Below are positions 7,276 to 10,986 of a stretch of DNA of 10,986 nucleotides, piece after piece (within the stretch, counting starts at the first letter, position 1; each line of letters begins with the position of its first letter). Source of the stretch: Candidatus Altarchaeum sp. (GTDB taxonomy: Archaea; Altiarchaeota; Altiarchaeia; Altiarchaeales; Altiarchaeaceae). The notes under the pieces are model-generated. The model was not told the DNA's origin, ran no database searches, and worked only from the letters and a program-made list of their open reading frames with translations. The position numbers and the translations under genes are program-made. The stretch is taken from positions 1 through 10,986 of the forward strand of contig JAGWDQ010000037.1 of assembly GCA_018260615.1 (NCBI GenBank), given 5' to 3'.

Positions 7276-7355
7276 CTGATAATTAATAAAAAATTTAATA
7301 CTTAAAAGTTAATTTATAACATTAATTTAAAACAAAATTTATAAATTTTTTTAAA

Positions 7356-8672
7356 ATGGCAGAAAAACCACACATAAATATGGTGTTTGTAGGACATGTA
7401 GATAATGGAAAATCAACATTAGTCGGGAGATTGATGTACGAACTCGGAGAGGTTTCTGAGCAGGCAATGAAAAAACTCAGGGACGAAGCAGCTAAAATCG
7501 GAAAAACCACATTTGAATATGCCTGGGTAATGGATACCTTAAAAGAAGAAAGAACAAGAGGAGTAACCATAGATATTGCACACAAAAAATTTCAGACAGA
7601 TACAAATTATTTTACAATCATAGATGCGCCCGGACACAGGGACTTTATAAAGAACATGATAACCGGAGCAAGCCAGGCAGATGCAGCAGTACTTGTTGTT
7701 TCGGTTTATGATACTGTAAATAACAAAGACGAGAAAGGTATTGTGCAATTGCTTCCGCAAACAAAAGAACATGCATTTTTATGCAAGACATTAGGTATCA
7801 ACCAGTTCGTAATTGCGATGAATAAGATGGATGCGGTAAAGTATGACCAGGAAGCATATAATGCAGTAAAAGACGCTCTGGTTAAATTTTTAAAACCAAT
7901 CGGCTATAAAGTTGATATTGTTCCGTTTATTCCTATTTCTGCATTTACGGGAGACAATTTAAAGACAAAAAGTACAAATACTCCATGGTACACGGGCCCT
8001 ACTTTTTTAGAATCCATAAATAAGCTTGTTGCTCCGCCAAAACCAACGGATAAGCCCTTGCGATTGCCCATTCAGGATGCTTATTCAATTACGGGTGTCG
8101 GAACTGTTCCCGTAGGCAGAATAGAAAGCGGTATCTTAAAACCCGCAACGAAGGTTGTTTTTATGCCGTCTGCAATTGTTGATGAAGTTAAAACAATTGA
8201 AATGCACCATGAGCAAATTCCTGAGGGACTACCCGGAGACAATGTTGGTTTTAACATCAGATCAAGTAAAAAAGACGATATAAAGAAAGGAGATGTTATG
8301 GGAACATTAGATAATCCGCCAAAAGTTGCAGAGGAATTTACCGCACAAATTGTTGTTTTATATCATCCGTCGGCAATAGCAGCGGGATATACTCCGGTTT
8401 TGCACATACACACAGATCAGGTAGCATGTGAGTTTAAAGAATTAATAAGAACAGTTGACCCGAAAACAGGACAAACAAAGGAAGACCATCCGAAAACAAT
8501 AAAAGCAGGAGATGTTGCAGTTGTCCAATTTAAACCAATGAGAAGTACAGTTGTTGAAACAGTTAAGGACTTTCCGCCTTTGGGAAGATTTGCTATCAGA
8601 GATATGGGACAGACAATTGCAGCGGGAATGGTTTTGGAAGTAAAAGCAAAAGAAGTTAAGATAAAGGCATAA
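7356..8672 (+). CDS. tuf: Translation elongation factor aEF-1alpha
   Basis: GHVDNGKST, ERTRGVTID, DAPGHRDFIKNMITGASQAD, NKMD, GRFAIRDMGQT. Confidence 0.98.
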   Translation: MAEKPHINMVFVGHVDNGKSTLVGRLMYELGEVSEQAMKKLRDEAAKIGKTTFEYAWVMDTLKEERTRGVTIDIAHKKFQTDTNYFTIIDAPGHRDFIKNMITGASQADAAVLVVSVYDTVNNKDEKGIVQLLPQTKEHAFLCKTLGINQFVIAMNKMDAVKYDQEAYNAVKDALVKFLKPIGYKVDIVPFIPISAFTGDNLKTKSTNTPWYTGPTFLESINKLVAPPKPTDKPLRLPIQDAYSITGVGTVPVGRIESGILKPATKVVFMPSAIVDEVKTIEMHHEQIPEGLPGDNVGFNIRSSKKDDIKKGDVMGTLDNPPKVAEEFTAQIVVLYHPSAIAAGYTPVLHIHTDQVACEFKELIRTVDPKTGQTKEDHPKTIKAGDVAVVQFKPMRSTVVETVKDFPPLGRFAIRDMGQTIAAGMVLEVKAKEVKIKA

Positions 8673-8687
8673 ATATGCAAATATACG

Positions 8688-8996
8688 ATGGAAAGAGCAA
8701 GAATAATAATATACGGAAATCAGAAGCAAAATGTTGAAGATATGACAAATCAGATTGTCTCTATTGCAAAGAATGATAAGGCAGTTGTCAGAGGTCCGAT
8801 ACCTCTTCCGACTAAAAAGATAAGAGTTGTTGTCAGGAAGAATGTAAGCGGCGAAGGAAATACTGCATGGGACAGATATGAAATGAGGATCTCAAAAAGA
8901 ATTGTAGATATTTACAGAAGTGATAAAGCGATGAGAGATGTAATGAAGATACAGGTACCTGATGATGTGCATATAGAAATAGATGTAACGAGATAA
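8688..8996 (+). CDS. rps10: 30S ribosomal protein uS10
   Basis: GPIPLPTK, GEG..WDRYEMR, IQVPDDVHIEI; canonical position after EF-1alpha. Confidence 0.95.
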   Translation: MERARIIIYGNQKQNVEDMTNQIVSIAKNDKAVVRGPIPLPTKKIRVVVRKNVSGEGNTAWDRYEMRISKRIVDIYRSDKAMRDVMKIQVPDDVHIEIDVTR

Positions 8997-9007
8997 AACA
9001 AATAAAA

Positions 9008-9065
9008 TTTTTTCGTTCTTTTTCTTTTTACTTTATGTTTTTTTGTTTAATTTCTTTTTTATTTC
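9008..9065 (+). terminator. Long T-rich tract, likely terminator of the rps7-rps10 operon
   Basis: Successive oligo-T runs starting 12 nt after the rps10 stop. Confidence 0.6.
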
Positions 9066-9106
9066 TTAAAAATTTTTCCTTGTAATTCCATAATTTTTTA
9101 TCAAAG

Positions 9107-9161
9107 GTGTCATTTTAAACATTTGTTTAAAATACACGAATGAAATGAGCGTAAAAGTAAG
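9107..9161 (+). repeat. Decayed copy of hairpin B plus tail of the 3244-3292 element, overlapping the queE start
   Basis: 41 of 51 aligned columns match 3244-3292. Perfect arms attttaaaca/tgtttaaaat (9112-9133), extendable by gtgt/acac. Confidence 0.8.
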
Positions 9162-9843
9162 AGAAATATTCTCAAGTATTCAGGGAGAAGGAATATATGT
9201 CGGAAGAAGGCAAATTTTTGTGAGGTTTGCAAAATGTAATCTGGACTGTGATTATTGTGATACAGCCCACAAAAGAGATGCAAAATTTTGTATGGTTGCA
9301 GGAAAGAAAAAATTTTTGAAAACCGCCGATGATATTGTAAATGAAATTAAAAATTTGGACACAAAAGATGTTTTTAGCATTTCATTAACCGGAGGAGAAC
9401 CGCTAATTTATACATCTTTAATCAAACAAATTCACAAAAAAACAGGCATCCCTCTTTATCTTGAAACAAATTCAACACTTCCGGAAAAAGCAGACGAAAT
9501 TAAAAATTTAATCACTTATGCTGCCTGCGGGCTCAAATTAAATTATCCGAAATTTTATAATGACTCTTTAAAGACGATAGAAATTTTAAATCACTGCCTG
9601 AAATCCGGAAATTTATTTGTTAAGGTTGTTATAACCAAAAATGTTGATGTCGGTCAAATTGAAGAACTAACAGGGGACTTAAAAAATATCGGTGATTTAC
9701 CTTTGGTTTTACAGCCGCAGACAGGAATAAAATGGGACAATACCTATAAAAACACATTATTAACAATGAGTGAAACAGCAGGTAATTTTTTAAAAGAGGT
9801 TAGAATAATTCCTCAAACACATAAATTTTTGGGCTTTGAATAA
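9145..9843 (+). CDS. queE: 7-carboxy-7-deazaguanine synthase (radical SAM), preQ0/archaeosine pathway
   Basis: EIFSSIQGEG, FVRF, CNLDCDYCDT (CxxxCxxC), LTGGEP, LETN, LQP, PQTHK. Confidence 0.92.
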   Translation: MSVKVREIFSSIQGEGIYVGRRQIFVRFAKCNLDCDYCDTAHKRDAKFCMVAGKKKFLKTADDIVNEIKNLDTKDVFSISLTGGEPLIYTSLIKQIHKKTGIPLYLETNSTLPEKADEIKNLITYAACGLKLNYPKFYNDSLKTIEILNHCLKSGNLFVKVVITKNVDVGQIEELTGDLKNIGDLPLVLQPQTGIKWDNTYKNTLLTMSETAGNFLKEVRIIPQTHKFLGFE

Positions 9844-9861
9844 TGGCAAAATTTTAAAATT

Positions 9862-10908
9862 TTATATAACTTTACATTCCCCTAAAATTTTTTCCGCATC
9901 TTTTTCCAGATTAAATTTATTAAATATTGTATACCTGTCTCTAACTTTAGGTGCAAATTTTAACGCCTCAATTATATATTCCTTATCTATTCCGAGTTCC
10001 TTTGCATTTGTCGGTGCCTCAACATCTTTTAATGCCTCTTTTATTTCTTTCCAGCCTCCTTCGTTTTTATGTGAATAAATTTCATGCAAATAGGCAGAAA
10101 TAATTGTTCCGACACCGCATTGTTCCCCGTGTAACGCATGCTTAAATTTATATTTTTCCGAAAGCACATCTAATGCATGACTGAATAAATGTTCCGAGCC
10201 GGATGAAGGTCTGCTTGACCCGGCAATTGCCATTGCCACACTGCTGCTGAGCAATGCCTCAACCAGAATGCTGATATCAGAAAAAATTTTCTTTGAATTT
10301 TGCATCACAATTTCCGCACTCATATTTGAAAGTGAAGCAGCATAATCGCCAAAGTATTCATTTTTTTCATCCCTTGCCAATTTCCAGTCAAGCACAGCGG
10401 TAAAATTTGAAATCGCATCTCCAAATCCGGAAGCGGTTAAATTTTTCGGAGCATTTGAAATTATTCTAATGTCGGCTATGACTGCGAGAGGAGAATTTGT
10501 TTTAACCGAAACACCTCCCCCGATCGAAGCATAAGGAGATGCAATTCCATCATGAGATGCAGCAGTCGGAATACTTATAAAAGGCAGTTTATTGTTAAAC
10601 GCATAAATTTTTGCTTTGTCTATTGTGCTTCCGCCGCCGATGCCGCAGACAAAACCGAAATTTTGATTTTTAATATTTTCAAAATCAACAGATTTTGAAA
10701 ATCTCCGAACGATAGTGAGGTGAATTTCTTCATCAGGATTTACAAATTCCCCTCCGATTTCACCCTGAATAATATCGGCAAATTTTTTGGTGAAATTTCC
10801 GGAAAAAATCAAAGGACTTTTTAAATTTAACTCATCGCAGACATTCTTGATTTCATAAATTGCTCCTTCTCCGACAATTACCTTGCGGGGTAATTCTATT
10901 TTTTTCAT
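9862..10908 (-). CDS. egsA: sn-glycerol-1-phosphate dehydrogenase (archaeal lipid backbone)
   Basis: GIGGG..ID, PTAASHDGIASP, GFGD..SNFTAVLDW, SSRPSSGSEHLFSHALD, HGEQCGVG. The start is placed at MKKIELPRKV (10908) by family resemblance, not at the ORF-track ATG (10977). Confidence 0.95.
   Translation of the reverse strand: MKKIELPRKVIVGEGAIYEIKNVCDELNLKSPLIFSGNFTKKFADIIQGEIGGEFVNPDEEIHLTIVRRFSKSVDFENIKNQNFGFVCGIGGGSTIDKAKIYAFNNKLPFISIPTAASHDGIASPYASIGGGVSVKTNSPLAVIADIRIISNAPKNLTASGFGDAISNFTAVLDWKLARDEKNEYFGDYAASLSNMSAEIVMQNSKKIFSDISILVEALLSSSVAMAIAGSSRPSSGSEHLFSHALDVLSEKYKFKHALHGEQCGVGTIISAYLHEIYSHKNEGGWKEIKEALKDVEAPTNAKELGIDKEYIIEALKFAPKVRDRYTIFNKFNLEKDAEKILGECKVI
10676..10723 (+). repeat. 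Intragenic copy of hairpin A plus tail of the 3210-3296 element, inside egsA
   Basis: 10676-10710 matches 3210-3244 at 33/35. Perfect stem ttttcaaaatc/gattttgaaaa. The tail cgaacgatagtgaggtga resembles 3268-3296. Confidence 0.9.
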
Positions 10909-10986
10909 AATTTTATTTATAAAGTTTTTCTGTAACTTCTCAATAAGTTGTGGTAAATAAATTTTGTAACTGCTCATTTTATAAAA

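Noticed and set aside
7392-7418. EF-1alpha P-loop GHVDNGKST instead of GHVDHGKST
   Set aside because: This position is variable (H/S/A/N) among EF-1alpha homologs, so it is not distinctive alone.
8997-9144. tRNA gene after rps10 (common in some archaea)
   Set aside because: The region is T-rich with no cloverleaf or TTCGA T-loop.
9314-9329. ttttgaaaaccgccga, a 14/16 match to the module A right arm, inside queE
   Set aside because: Short, AT-rich and lacking the left arm; not distinguishable from chance without a genome-wide model.
9848-9863. aaaattttaaaatttt palindrome between convergent queE and egsA
   Set aside because: A low-complexity palindrome expected in such AT-rich DNA.
877-10078. 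Short antisense or overlapping ORFs in the track (877..1062, 1988..2380, 2660..2869, 3386..3580, 4514..4699, 4696..4881, 5574..5945, 6899..7099, 6945..7265, 7322..7585, 7539..7772, 8417..8680, 8442..8729, 9836..10078)
   Set aside because: All lie largely opposite well-supported genes, have F/S/L/I-rich shadow composition and show no recognisable motifs.

Overview
AT-rich archaeal chromosomal window; a lineage such as Ca. Altiarchaeum is my unverified inference. The housekeeping core is rps7-EF2-EF1a-rps10 (+, with no rps12 upstream), followed by queE (+) and a convergent egsA (-). A lone trpA (-) lies divergent to rps7. The left part is accessory: an AT-only tandem repeat, a secreted sequon-rich protein with two DUF11/DUF7507-like repeats, an unannotated decayed phosphohexomutase C-terminal fragment, and a COG1672/DUF234-type ATPase-nuclease. 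The most interesting signal is a modular palindromic repeat family seen three times. A full composite copy lies between the ATPase and trpA (3164-3314). A shortened in-frame copy inside egsA encodes 16 residues (10676-10723). A decayed copy overlaps the upstream region and first codons of queE (9111-9161). EF-1alpha also has an unusual 15-aa segment at the classic eocyte indel site, and EF-2 has a divergent switch I region.
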